Source: Patescibacteria group bacterium (GTDB lineage: Bacteria; Patescibacteriota; Patescibacteriia; UBA10025; JBIOWE01). From it: 64,000 nucleotides of DNA. This document shows, piece by piece, positions 27,301 to 36,004 of the stretch (the stretch's first letter is position 1; each line of letters opens with the position of its first letter). The DNA lies in assembly GCA_044868145.1 (NCBI GenBank), contig JBIOWE010000004.1:333860-397859 (forward strand), written 5' to 3'. The translations under genes and the position numbers were made by a program. Under the pieces are notes generated by a model, which saw nothing but the letters and a program-made list of their open reading frames with translations, had not been told where the DNA came from and did not search any database.

Positions 27301-29271
27301 CTGGATAACGTTTCCATGAAACCAACGCTCGAAGTGCAAAGCGATCCGCCGAACCCTTCCAATAAGTTAACGCGGACGTGCCGCATGTACCCGCGCTCGG
27401 ATTCAACCCTCTGTCGGTACATTGATAGTAATGGAGCGGAATACAAAGGGTGGTTCGGCTATTGTATTGAACAAGACCCGAAGAATCCGAGCCAATGCAT
27501 TACCTGGTGGCCCGTTGATATTATCGCCGGAGAGTCGAACGTGTTCGGTGCCGGCGTAAAAGCCGGGTATGCGGATCGTGCTCCCTTATATATGTGCGTG
27601 GATTCAAGAGGCAATTATAACCGCGCCGGCAACAAGTATATAATCACAGCTAATGCATATTCCATGTTTTATCTTGACGGCGACTCGTGCGGTAATTCTT
27701 CCGGGGTTGGAAGTTGCGGTCCGACTGCCACGGATATCTACGGTCGGAGTTATTCATATAATTGTAAAGTCAATGGTGCAGGGTTTACATTCGGCGGATG
27801 TGTGCGTAATGCGAGCGGAGGCGGACAAGCGAATTATCGCTATTGGAATATTCCTTCGGCAGGGCAACCAGAATATGGTCTTTTTGATTACGAAATCGAA
27901 CGTGTACTAGGCAGAAAAGTGTCAAATCGCGGTGAATATCCGAACTCCTTCGTCTTAACTGCCAACGATGCCACCACTGACCCAGACCCGGACTTTGTTG
28001 GCCTGCAAGGTAACCTTCCGCTTAACGGTTCCGCATGGGTGTTTAAGTGTTCTCACACCGATGCAGTTTGCGGCGGGCAAGATTTACGCGTTGCCCTAGT
28101 ATTCGACGGTCAGCATCGCTTAATTCGCTACTATGTCTACCTGGATGACTGGACGGGAAGCGAAAACGAAGCCGGAGCGTTCACTCTTGATTTTTATCTC
28201 CGTGAGCAGTGCGAAGCGCTCGCGCAAGTGGTAAAGTCCGGCGGCGATAACGTTGCTTGGGCTGGCAGGTCCTCTTCAGGGTCGCCGTATACCGCTCAAG
28301 ATTTGCAATATAATTATCTGACTGATTTTGCACCATTCGGCGGTGTGCTACAACCAAAGCCGGAAGGCAGCACGCCGGATAGTTGGGCAGTCCCTGTCTA
28401 CGCGGAGCAACGCCAAAATCCGCGAGATACTTCGACGGCTCGGGCGGGCAGCGCCTATGCGTGCGATAATGGTAACTGCAGCACGCGCATGTGCAGTAAT
28501 AGCAGCACGAACGATTGTTCGGACGATAATAAGATTAACACGTGCTTGAAAGGCCAGGATGGTGTGGTGAATACGGCGGATGATGGCTACTGTATTGGAC
28601 TTGGTCCATACCCGCCTGGCGGCACGGGCGGCGGCGTGTGGGCGAGCGGCAAAACCATTGCCCTGGGCATTGATCGCCTCAAGCGTCTATTCGCCGACGT
28701 ATACGTAAGTTGGGCATGGGACTATGCGCAGGGAAAATACGTTATTCAGCAGCCGATTATCAATGCATGGCAGGCTAGCTTTGACGGGATGAGTGAATGT
28801 CCCGGAGCACGCCCGGGTTACCCCAACGATTACTGCGGCATTCGGCCGCAAGCCGGCAACTTACGCATTGTTGCGGGCGGCTCTTCGTATAAATCCGGAG
28901 ATATTACGATCCAGAGCGGTGACACAATACAACTAACATTCACGAGTACGGCAGATCGCGAGCAACTACCGTTGCAGCGCATTCGCATCGATTGGCAGGG
29001 GAATGGCTTTAATACAAATCCCAACGATGGCGATGTTGATGAACCGTGGGGCTTTGCACCCAAAGGCGACCCCGCGAACCCGCATTGGTATAACCACACG
29101 TATACTTCCATTGACGCGGCCACCTGTCCGGGCACCGGCTGCAAGCCGACAATTCAACTAATCGACAACTGGGGTTGGTGCAGTGGTGGATCCGGTGTGG
29201 ACAGGCGGAACGTTCCGGACGGAGTATGTACGTCCGTTGACACCTATCCGGATGATATTATTGTCCAGTAG
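21391..29271 (+). CDS. Giant secreted Cys-rich protein with CBM-like, dockerin and PKD-like modules (T4SS-associated putative adhesin)
   Basis: Signal/TM region, many C...GC..Y repeats, three NGSFE/DFE...D.V.L jelly-roll-like modules, paired GDMNGDG / ADVNGSG repeats, C..DADC repeats. Confidence 0.8.
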   Translation: MFSKEKKTKRTIRFIAGFILVSILFIIGGTVFLYTRSAQAQFGIPGVPQPTIVVEDVPAKVLNAINKAIKTAADVAFKNVLRQFLNKIAYDAAVYVASGGKGQKPLFLTNPGQLLEKTADNAYGEYLDNLSKQVWGKSLCDQPPFIKARLDVWARQVKDPKITQATCPVSAAVANIQRSTHEQLVDFSKKFNPQASEFGAYLSIISGAEQFSSKQVESTKFVKQLEGEFESVKSTITGAVKTPARTVGDALSSIVPESIKPYATYTGTAIADAIGVFTNTLTSKLIERIFKKGFNPEADTSFREFVGTSSSGVAAARTLFASLNQPDFNVGGSQDILNILASCPPTPAYNNCIIDEKFRIAIEQELTVGEALQQGLLDSSKIFGFDAQGREPTFRNGYPYRSLLVLRHYRIIPAGWELAAGYIQKFEPGNYTLGGLVAQYEQKEKSPGQPNPFYHLIDPNWVLKAPELFCRRQGAGEQVTNEQFSPTFNLDDPNNQISTRQVQRADYCADEQTCLFENEDGSCKRFGYCVEEKPIWRFQGTQCASQFSTCQAFQKQDGTSVAYVQNTIDYNSCNANNAGCQIYCTEFNTSTNQWQCDTGDNLSTGESNIISFNGQVQSCNATAAGCSEFIRTKDGLGTNILANGSFEKFSGTINDQTKDTVDQWGLADVSSEAFSGLAAAQIVPNDSIVSVPLATGFAVGGRTFTLSFHGKRISGDCSSGNTYSLETQGAPSPELSTSFTYFDSWTRYAGTITFPVGTPATNLVVRVGNNATCTSVVDAVQLEEGSQPSDYKDYGSVNKLYLNGQRISCSDEEVGCEQYTSVTTGESIPGKVTNPQICDPNDPSSCDQCPVQYLGCKAYREMPITNTPQRPGQDIISFIASTGQACPASAVGCEEYTNLDEVAGGGEGLEYYSLIRQCVKDDAPNIGTYYTWVGSDEFGYQLKKFELKKSNLGGAPCTNLGIDNPSLPGQYQWPNCVDGQTFDENGDGISETHDAATCPLNQVGVNPDCTQFYDDIGNTYTVLKSRIAYADANCHPYRNTIDGQAVTYHLIPGQGIQCSAQYAGCREYKGNAGTNIRTLISSDFESGSINPWASDAPGNLNPSTESVQVGGHSMLVLTTASTNVETLITQGKSYLISFWAKSDSADTIVRVGFTNPNIVFPGQAAVKVQDWNRYQMGPVFLNQPVTAGAKLSIFSAGDAFFVDNIIVQEVVDNIYMIKGSYQECAGYENCDAYRDRDNQTHYLKSFSNLCASDKVGCEAMIDTKNSSSAFSEQFTANPERGDMNGDGKYTFEDGEYIMNYIFNRDGPKPYPVLLADVNGSGTISLSDQIYLVNYINGNGPAPVPYNATKRTIPDDSYVYMVNDPAKYCDAQEKGCSRLGTVNFNLNNQVSGYADTYLINNPDTYGQTLCKSSEQSCAAFNTGSGTSYFKDPKRQCEYRDVGAGRTGWYRVGSASLTPDCPVATGFCFGGANAGAACDIDSDCGSNICKSSSEGLSQPTNGWVGICPAGQSGCQEYSDPTESLDASVGQCKVNLNTGTYETVCTAGDGAGTTNCDPSNPAPVCDPDADGVNGVCSVSAVSCKPYYYVNQSIDTSSCFGTVDPRIGCRLFYDSSQGAATYDSRATYTEVDRIKQPTAPVTCADPNNCDSNLIVKVRNDRECGKWLECATSTRVTNTRGEVEELCFDIKACNKIDPKTGACIGTRACSNDSTKSCTTNADCTGGGTCVELDIQNSNITPHASTNVDVIKNSSGIVKAGVNWGCSNDPAIVCKIDADCGLGNKCQIISGFYPVRAMTEIGLGGASDVDLVATGDMGDIDLNEGYKKTFPAGWERSGADLTRVIEEALDGTPDRAKIDENNVLVVDTNSTVAGEGVQYQLTGVGSAEYVVSLNARFDATPEPDDMIAVKLGYFNSLGVLIGSQLIGDRIQPTTSWAKFVFGPLTPNIPASTDSVKLQIVQESASGGDVQNGITFYLDNVSMKPTLEVQSDPPNPSNKLTRTCRMYPRSDSTLCRYIDSNGAEYKGWFGYCIEQDPKNPSQCITWWPVDIIAGESNVFGAGVKAGYADRAPLYMCVDSRGNYNRAGNKYIITANAYSMFYLDGDSCGNSSGVGSCGPTATDIYGRSYSYNCKVNGAGFTFGGCVRNASGGGQANYRYWNIPSAGQPEYGLFDYEIERVLGRKVSNRGEYPNSFVLTANDATTDPDPDFVGLQGNLPLNGSAWVFKCSHTDAVCGGQDLRVALVFDGQHRLIRYYVYLDDWTGSENEAGAFTLDFYLREQCEALAQVVKSGGDNVAWAGRSSSGSPYTAQDLQYNYLTDFAPFGGVLQPKPEGSTPDSWAVPVYAEQRQNPRDTSTARAGSAYACDNGNCSTRMCSNSSTNDCSDDNKINTCLKGQDGVVNTADDGYCIGLGPYPPGGTGGGVWASGKTIALGIDRLKRLFADVYVSWAWDYAQGKYVIQQPIINAWQASFDGMSECPGARPGYPNDYCGIRPQAGNLRIVAGGSSYKSGDITIQSGDTIQLTFTSTADREQLPLQRIRIDWQGNGFNTNPNDGDVDEPWGFAPKGDPANPHWYNHTYTSIDAATCPGTGCKPTIQLIDNWGWCSGGSGVDRRNVPDGVCTSVDTYPDDIIVQ

Positions 29272-29275
29272 CGCG

Positions 29276-32053
29276 ATGAAATCGCTCGCAGGCATATTCG
29301 CTTCTCTGAATCCACGCGGCCAAACTTTGCGCCGCGGTATGGTTTTATTGGCCGGCGTTGCTGTCGCGGGAGGCCTCCTGCTCGTTACCACGCAGCCAGC
29401 GCATGCCTCTATTTTGGGAGACGTTGGCGATAAAATCGCCGGATGGATTGCCGGCATTCTTTTTGCCATAGCCACTGTTCTCGGCAAGCTCTTGCTTGTG
29501 GCGATAGAGTTGTTGTTGGCTATTGTGACCTATAATAATTTTACGGACACGGATGCCGTAGTTCGTGGATGGGTGATTGTACGTGATATTGGCAACATGC
29601 TTTTTGTACTGATTTTGCTGACGATGGCATTTGGTACAATCTTGCGTATTCAAACGTACCGGTGGAGTCGGCTCTTAGGTCGCATCATTATGATGGCGAT
29701 TCTGATCAACTTCTCACGAATGATCGCCGGATTCTTCATTGACATTGCGCAGGTGATCATGCTCACGTTTGTTAACGCGTTTGCCCAAAACGCGGCAGGT
29801 ACGTTTACGAACGTCTGGGGCTTAAACGATCTTCTGTCCTTTCTAGATCAACCGAATCCACCTGCAGGCGTTGAGTTACTCGGCTCGGCTTTTTTTATGA
29901 ATGTGTTGCTCGTCGTCGCCATTGTCGTGATGTTCGTTATGGTACTGGTCTTTCTCATGCGCATTATCATGCTCTGGATTCTGGTGGTTCTTTCGCCCAT
30001 TGCGTACCTGCTCTACGCCTTCCCGGCCGGACAGCGTTATGCAAGTCAGTGGTGGGGCGCGTTTGGCCGGTACGTGGTGATTGGCCCGGTCCTTGCGTTT
30101 TTTATCTGGTTCTCGCTCTATATACTTGGTCAATTTCCTGCAGAAGCTTTGTTGAATAAGCCTAGAGCCAGTGTTTCCGGACAGACCGAAGAGCTTTCCG
30201 CAACAGTTATCAAGGCAGGTAGTTCCACAAATATTTTAAATTTCATTATCGCGACTGCCATGCTTGTTGGCTCATTGATGGTGGCGAGACAGATGGGCGG
30301 AATGGCGGGCGCTGCGGCAAGTACGGCCATCGGTAAACTTCGCGCAGCTGGCGCCGGCGCGATCCGCGCGCCGTTGCGCCTTGGCCGCGCTGCCCTGCGT
30401 GGCGCCGGCCAGGTGACTGCCGGAGGATTTGACGCACTGTCGCGGGCAAGGCCTGTGAGAGAGGGGCTCGCGAGAGTTGGCGCATCAGGCATTCCATTGG
30501 TTCGTGACCTTGCTGCCAGAACCCTTGTCGCTTCCGCACAAAGAGAAAAGTCCTATGAAGAACAGGCTGAACGATACGCCAGATTTGTACCTGACACACG
30601 CGTACGAAGTCGATATGCTAATGCTAGATTTGCCATTACGCCGAAACAACGAGCCATGCAACGGGCCTTTCGTAAGCAATCTCCCAGTACCATTAATAAA
30701 GAAGACGAGTTAATAAAATTTGTTGAAGGAATGGATGATGAAGCACTGCGTAAAGTTAAAGACGCAGAGTGGGCAGCAATCGGTAGGAGAGGAATACGAT
30801 TAGGCGCACTAGGACGCGGAGATACGATCATCCGTAAAGATCGCGATGCGCTTGGCGCGTACAATAGGGGTCGAAGCGAATTTTTTACAGCAAAAGGGTT
30901 ACCAGATGGTCTTGATACAGTGGGGGAGGTAGGCCTAAACCAAAACAACCGACCATTAACGGGTTCGAACCGCTTTGGCAACGTACCGAGTCCGGGAACC
31001 ACATATTACGATCGGGTTATGCGGGAAGGGAAGTCTAAGCATCAATATAGATTGGTAGAAGACGAAGAACGGCCAGCAGCAGCAAAGGCAGCAAAGCGCG
31101 GAGAGGGGAATCTGAGCGTTGGTAAATTTGATACAGGCCAAAGCAATGCTCTTGCCGTAGATTTTGACAAATTAGGACTGGAATTTTTGCGTCCGACTGC
31201 TACCCAAAAGTTTAGCCAGACAAAAGGCATTAATATTGATGATCGTGGAGAGATCAGGCAAGTCGCCTCAAAAATGGTTGGCGTTCTTGATCAGGAAATT
31301 GGTAAATTGCGACAACAAGGGGGTCAAGATCGGCGCATTCAAGAGCTTGAACGTTCCCGCGAACGTTTCAGTAAGCCAGAGTCATTTGATCGATTGAATC
31401 TGCTTAACTCAAGTAGCGAAGGTTACGGTGTGCGTGACTTAATGAAAACGCATGTTCATGAAGACTACCATGCAACAGGTGTCAAAGATGAAGAATCCGT
31501 GACGCGCCTAACCGAGCACACGATGCAAAACAGGATTTATAGTCTACGCAAAGGCATTGGAGGGAGCGTCGCAGCAGGCGAATCGAACGTTAATGACATT
31601 CTTACTAAAGAGCGGGGAAGCTTGCGTGCTGAATTCAGCGCGCGACCAAGAACCCGCATTCGAACGGAAACGCCACCAGTCAGCGAAAATGTTGGGAAAC
31701 AAGTTCAGGAGGCCGCAGACTTTCATGGACAATTAGAACAGATGCCGGTGGAAGAGTTTGCGAAGAATGCCAATGAAATAGCAGAACAAGTAAAGAAATT
31801 ATCAGAAGGCCTGAAACAACTGGGAGGCAAGATTGAGGGAGTGCCTAATGTCAATACTCTTGAGAATCAAGTTCGCACCGGTCAATTTACGCCTGAACAA
31901 TGGAAAATCTTTACGAATGATTTTGGAAAGCTTGCGAAAGCTTTGGAAGAACGAACCTCTGCAACGGGGCAAAAACCAACGCAGCCAAAACCTCCACAGC
32001 CACCTGCAAGCAAACCGCCTGAAGAAGAAATTTTTGAATCACCATTTGCATAG
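29276..32053 (+). CDS. VirB6/TrbL-like polytopic membrane protein with a long soluble C-terminal tail
   Basis: GW..VRDI.N, A.LINFS, R.IMLW.L..LSP.A......P.......WW, followed by a Gly/Ala-rich linker. Start moved to ATG 29276. Confidence 0.8.
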   Translation: MKSLAGIFASLNPRGQTLRRGMVLLAGVAVAGGLLLVTTQPAHASILGDVGDKIAGWIAGILFAIATVLGKLLLVAIELLLAIVTYNNFTDTDAVVRGWVIVRDIGNMLFVLILLTMAFGTILRIQTYRWSRLLGRIIMMAILINFSRMIAGFFIDIAQVIMLTFVNAFAQNAAGTFTNVWGLNDLLSFLDQPNPPAGVELLGSAFFMNVLLVVAIVVMFVMVLVFLMRIIMLWILVVLSPIAYLLYAFPAGQRYASQWWGAFGRYVVIGPVLAFFIWFSLYILGQFPAEALLNKPRASVSGQTEELSATVIKAGSSTNILNFIIATAMLVGSLMVARQMGGMAGAAASTAIGKLRAAGAGAIRAPLRLGRAALRGAGQVTAGGFDALSRARPVREGLARVGASGIPLVRDLAARTLVASAQREKSYEEQAERYARFVPDTRVRSRYANARFAITPKQRAMQRAFRKQSPSTINKEDELIKFVEGMDDEALRKVKDAEWAAIGRRGIRLGALGRGDTIIRKDRDALGAYNRGRSEFFTAKGLPDGLDTVGEVGLNQNNRPLTGSNRFGNVPSPGTTYYDRVMREGKSKHQYRLVEDEERPAAAKAAKRGEGNLSVGKFDTGQSNALAVDFDKLGLEFLRPTATQKFSQTKGINIDDRGEIRQVASKMVGVLDQEIGKLRQQGGQDRRIQELERSRERFSKPESFDRLNLLNSSSEGYGVRDLMKTHVHEDYHATGVKDEESVTRLTEHTMQNRIYSLRKGIGGSVAAGESNVNDILTKERGSLRAEFSARPRTRIRTETPPVSENVGKQVQEAADFHGQLEQMPVEEFAKNANEIAEQVKKLSEGLKQLGGKIEGVPNVNTLENQVRTGQFTPEQWKIFTNDFGKLAKALEERTSATGQKPTQPKPPQPPASKPPEEEIFESPFA

Positions 32054-32055
32054 CC

Positions 32056-33402
32056 ATGGCATACATAGACGACATCGCACAAAAGTATAATGCGTTGCCT
32101 ATGGAAGTACGCACGAAACTGCAAACACAGGACGTTCGGCAGGAAATTTTCGGATTGGAAAGGCGGTACGCCGTGAAGCTGAATTTCTTGCTCATGCTCG
32201 TTTTGACGGGAGAATTGGCGATCGAAGATATTCCCGAATACATGCAAAAACGATTTCAGTTGACGGATGAAGACAGTATCGCTTTTAAAAAGGCGCTCAT
32301 TGCCCGCGTATTGAAAGCATTTCTCGAGCCCGAAGACTTGAAGCAGCTCACGCCGACAAATGAAATGAAAGATATACTGCAAGGCAAGCTTGTGCAAATT
32401 TTTGAGGGTACGGAAGAAGCGAAAGCGGAGTTCAACGAAAAGATGGCGTATGCTCTTGTCGCGGACGACGATGCGGAACCCGATGAACTTGCAAAGCTGT
32501 TATACGCGAATCAAGAACGTCTAACGCAAAAACGCCTAACACTGGAGGACAGGCCGCAAGAGCCTACCATCGCGAACTGGCTCAAGGACTTTATCCTTTT
32601 TGCCGGCGCGATGACGTTCGATAACGTGACGCTGACTCGCTATATGACCACGTCCGCAAACGTCCAAGTACTCGATCCAGGTGAGCGAGAGCGCGTGGCG
32701 AAACTGATGAAATTGTATCGAGCTGTGAAGTTCTATCCTGCTAGTATGCCCAACGACCCGAACGAATGGGAGTTTATTGCGGAAGAGCAGCAGGAAGAGT
32801 TGACAAAAACTCGCCCCGGCGCGGTTTTCACACCCTATTTCCCGTCGGCAGAAAGGATCCCCTCGCTTGGTGAGCGCTTTCGAGCGCACGAAAAAAAGTT
32901 TGAAACGATTCTCAAAAAAGAGGACGAGTTACTTGCGAGCACACAAGGAGACGTCGAGCGTATCAAGCGCGAGCTTGCAAACGCGGCGCGCAGTGGTGAT
33001 GAGGTAACACTTAGCGCGTGCATGCAGCTTCTCGCCCGCGCGGGCATGCTCATGACCATTCTGAAGCAACAACCCGCATGGCTTGATGCGACGCTTGCAT
33101 CAGTTCGTAGAAAATACGAATCGACGATTGGTAAAGTAGCCCTGGATCAACTTATTGAGAACGCAAAAATCAACCCGGTTTCCTTGCCGCTTCTTTCAGA
33201 ATTCCTTCAATATCTCTTGAAAGAGCGCGGCAAGATGAGTGAAAGCGAATCTGCGCTCGTCGGCGTGCATATTGGCCAAACCGTGCAAGGGGAAAAACAA
33301 ACCCTGGCGTTCGGGAACGAAGCAACGGGTGAATTTGAATGGGTGAAGAACCGCGTCGAGGGCGGCACGTTGGTGAGCGAGCTGACGCAAAACCCGTCAT
33401 AG
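32056..33402 (+). CDS. Hypothetical protein (T4SS cluster)
   Basis: 448-aa ORF starting 2 nt after the previous stop. No motif recognised. Confidence 0.75.
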   Translation: MAYIDDIAQKYNALPMEVRTKLQTQDVRQEIFGLERRYAVKLNFLLMLVLTGELAIEDIPEYMQKRFQLTDEDSIAFKKALIARVLKAFLEPEDLKQLTPTNEMKDILQGKLVQIFEGTEEAKAEFNEKMAYALVADDDAEPDELAKLLYANQERLTQKRLTLEDRPQEPTIANWLKDFILFAGAMTFDNVTLTRYMTTSANVQVLDPGERERVAKLMKLYRAVKFYPASMPNDPNEWEFIAEEQQEELTKTRPGAVFTPYFPSAERIPSLGERFRAHEKKFETILKKEDELLASTQGDVERIKRELANAARSGDEVTLSACMQLLARAGMLMTILKQQPAWLDATLASVRRKYESTIGKVALDQLIENAKINPVSLPLLSEFLQYLLKERGKMSESESALVGVHIGQTVQGEKQTLAFGNEATGEFEWVKNRVEGGTLVSELTQNPS

Positions 33403-33415
33403 GATATTCTTTAGA

Positions 33416-33450
33416 CAGAAAAAGCCCTTCCCACCGAGGGTTTTTGTTTT
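33416..33450 (+). terminator. Putative intrinsic terminator
   Basis: AAAAGCCCTT-CCCACC-GAGGGTTTTT followed by T-runs. Confidence 0.55.
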
Positions 33451-33463
33451 TATAGTTATCATC

Positions 33464-33586
33464 GCCCCTCCGGGAGTGTACGCGCCTGTACAAGGTTCGC
33501 AGGACTCCCCTCCTTACCAAGGAGGGGAAGAACGGACGACACAGGCTTCGACCCAAGATAGTTTCTCAAGGGGAGGTCCGAGGGGC
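33464..33586 (+). ncRNA. Candidate rod-shaped structured RNA (unassigned family)
   Basis: Nested pairings GCCCCTC/GAGGGGC, GCCTGT/ACAGGC and TCCCCTCCTT/AAGGAGGGGA. Upstream TTCCCA-17 nt-TATAGT. Confidence 0.4.
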
Positions 33587-33763
33587 AGTCCAAAACCATA
33601 TGACGACCCTCTTTAATAGAAAGTTATTACCTTAAAACGCGGCCTTTTCGCATTAAAAAATGCTCCTTACGGCAATAAATCCCGGTTTGATTTTTTTGGC
33701 AACTTCTGATATAATAAACTCCGCAGCACGTGGTAAAAAAGCACTATTTCATGGTTGAATTTC

Positions 33764-34894
33764 ATGGTTGAAACGATGAACAATTTGCCAGACGGCATGC
33801 TCATCCGCACGAAAGACGGAAAATATAAAATTGTCCAGCATGGCGAGCTTGTTGCCTATCAACCGTCCGTAACCGTTGCAGCGTCAATCATGACGCAAAC
33901 GATACCACATCCGAACGAGCCGACTGCACCGCTTGCGCCGCGGTTCGCTAAAACGACCGCAGCGTTTTACATGCATCCTGACGACGAAGAAGAGATACGC
34001 CGCCACGAAGAGAAAGTACAGATGGTGACCGAGGAGGAGTCGGTGCACGAGATCGATCCAATTATCACCGGCATTGTCAGTAAACACAACTTGACGTTTC
34101 CCGACGACGTGTTGCGGAAGCGATTTTGGAGCATCGCGTCCTCTCGCTTGACGCAAATGCGTGATTCGTTGGAAACCCATGATGCGCTTACTCGGCCCGC
34201 GAAAGTTGGCGGCATGGGATACGATGAGGTCTTGAGTCAAAACATTCTGAGTACCTTGGAGCAGGAGTCATCAAACATTCACGACACAATGCAATCCGCG
34301 CCGCGGTCTCATGCACCGGAGCCGCCAGCAGGTCGCCCAACCGGAGCCCTCGAGCAGCAGCCGATGCGCCCGACTATTCCGCAAGCCCTAGCCCGGCCCG
34401 TGCAGCCGCTAAGAATGCAACAGCCCGAACCTCGACCAGTACCCCTGCCGCAACCGATTATGCCACCAGTGCGATCAGTAGATCGTCCAGTACCGCAGAT
34501 GCCACGCGTGATGCGCGAAACGATCATGACGGAACGACAGCCGGTCGTTGACATACGAAGACCAACGCGCGTTGTTGGACCAGTCGAAGAGCTGAGCGTA
34601 ACTTCAGTTGAAGATTTTCGAAAGCTCGGACGATCGCTTGAGGAACAAACAAAAAAAATGTTACAAAAGTTTGATCTACTTGCTGATGAATCTCTTTTGA
34701 AAAAAGCCGATGGCATTACCGCATGGCACACCTCGCCGATGTATCAATTATACGTAGACGTTGGTAGGGAGAGCATTGAGAGTGGTAAGTCAATTGCGGA
34801 TGTTGTGGCAGGGCGCGCTGCCGCGTCAAAACCAACTATAGCTGCGGAGGAATTCTATGCGATTGCCGACATGAATAAACGTTTGAGATTTTAA
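33764..34894 (+). CDS. Hypothetical protein with Pro-rich linker (T4SS cluster, upstream of prgI)
   Basis: Long ORF with a Pro-rich middle and a C-terminal GPVEEL...W..SPMY.LY...EEF.AI...N..L domain. Confidence 0.75.
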   Translation: MVETMNNLPDGMLIRTKDGKYKIVQHGELVAYQPSVTVAASIMTQTIPHPNEPTAPLAPRFAKTTAAFYMHPDDEEEIRRHEEKVQMVTEEESVHEIDPIITGIVSKHNLTFPDDVLRKRFWSIASSRLTQMRDSLETHDALTRPAKVGGMGYDEVLSQNILSTLEQESSNIHDTMQSAPRSHAPEPPAGRPTGALEQQPMRPTIPQALARPVQPLRMQQPEPRPVPLPQPIMPPVRSVDRPVPQMPRVMRETIMTERQPVVDIRRPTRVVGPVEELSVTSVEDFRKLGRSLEEQTKKMLQKFDLLADESLLKKADGITAWHTSPMYQLYVDVGRESIESGKSIADVVAGRAAASKPTIAAEEFYAIADMNKRLRF

Positions 34895-34897
34895 CAC

Positions 34898-35320
34898 ATG
34901 CAACAGTTTGTTGTTCCACAATTCATTGATGTAGAAAGCAAAATTATCGGTCCACTGACTGTGCGGCAGTTTTTGATTTTCTTATTGGCCGCCGGTCTAA
35001 TTTTTGCAACGTTCAAGATTTTTTCCTTTGCGCCAGCGGCCGTGCTCACTATTCTGATATTCGCAATCGCGGTTGTCTTCGCTGCGGTCAAAATTAACGG
35101 TCGGCCATTCCATTATTTTATTATTTCGCTTATCCAAACGAGCAAGCGGCCCCCACTGAAAATATGGGAAAAACAATTGACGCAACATGAGCGAAAACGC
35201 AAAGACAAAGAAAAGACTGAACGAACCGAGATTATTGTGGCAAAGAAACCATTGACAAAATCGCGCCTGACCGAACTTTCCCTCATCGTCGACACCGGAG
35301 GCGCGTTTAAAGAAGAGTAA
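34898..35320 (+). CDS. prgI: PrgI-family (VirB3-like) membrane protein
   Basis: MQQF.VPQFID.E.KI.GPLT.RQF, two TM helices, K.NGRP. Confidence 0.88.
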   Translation: MQQFVVPQFIDVESKIIGPLTVRQFLIFLLAAGLIFATFKIFSFAPAAVLTILIFAIAVVFAAVKINGRPFHYFIISLIQTSKRPPLKIWEKQLTQHERKRKDKEKTERTEIIVAKKPLTKSRLTELSLIVDTGGAFKEE

Positions 35321-35324
35321 GAGT

Positions 35325-36002
35325 ATGGCAAAAGACGAAAAAAAACGAAAAGAAGCTTATTCAACCCAGCGTTATTTGGACATTTTGGAAATCAAAGACG
35401 ACTGTGTTGTTTTGAAGGATGGCACGCTCCGCGGGGTTATGCTGGTTTCGTCGATCAACTTTGCGCTCAAGTCCGAAGAAGAGCAGAATGCTGTTATATC
35501 CGGGTACATGCAGTTTTTGAACTCACTGGATTTTCCCATTCAGATCGTCGTTCAATCACGCAAATTGAATATTGACGAATACATTGAACGACTCAAAGAT
35601 ATCGAGAAGCGGCAAACGAATGATCTCTTACGCATCCAAACGCAAGAATATCGTCAGTATATCGGTGAACTTGTCGAACTATCGGATATCATGAGCAAGA
35701 AGTTTTATGTTGTCATTCCATTCGCACCCGGCAAAGGAGGCACGAAGAAATTCTTTTCCGTGTTCCGAGAAGCGCTCTCACCGACGTCGGTGATCCATTT
35801 GAAACAAAAAAAATTCGAAAAGTATCGGGACGAGCTTGGTAAGCGTGTCGGATACGTTTTGAGCGGACTTTCTTCAACCGGCTTGAATGCGGTTCAGCTT
35901 GACACCCAGGGTCTCATTGAGCTGTATTACGACACGTACAATCCGGAAATCGCGCCCCAACAAAAATTTGTGGAAGCGAATAAACTTAATCTTGAAGCAT
36001 AA
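35325..36002 (+). CDS. VirB4/TraC N-terminal-like T4SS accessory protein
   Basis: TQ.YL.I.EI.D..V..K.G, V.SINF.LKSE.EQ, LNSLDF..Q. Lies between prgI and virB4. Confidence 0.75.
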   Translation: MAKDEKKRKEAYSTQRYLDILEIKDDCVVLKDGTLRGVMLVSSINFALKSEEEQNAVISGYMQFLNSLDFPIQIVVQSRKLNIDEYIERLKDIEKRQTNDLLRIQTQEYRQYIGELVELSDIMSKKFYVVIPFAPGKGGTKKFFSVFREALSPTSVIHLKQKKFEKYRDELGKRVGYVLSGLSSTGLNAVQLDTQGLIELYYDTYNPEIAPQQKFVEANKLNLEA

Positions 36003-36004
36003 TT

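Noticed and set aside
29183-29275. Upstream start of the VirB6-like ORF
   Set aside because: It overlaps the giant gene by about 90 nt. ATG 29276, 4 nt after the stop, fits operon spacing.
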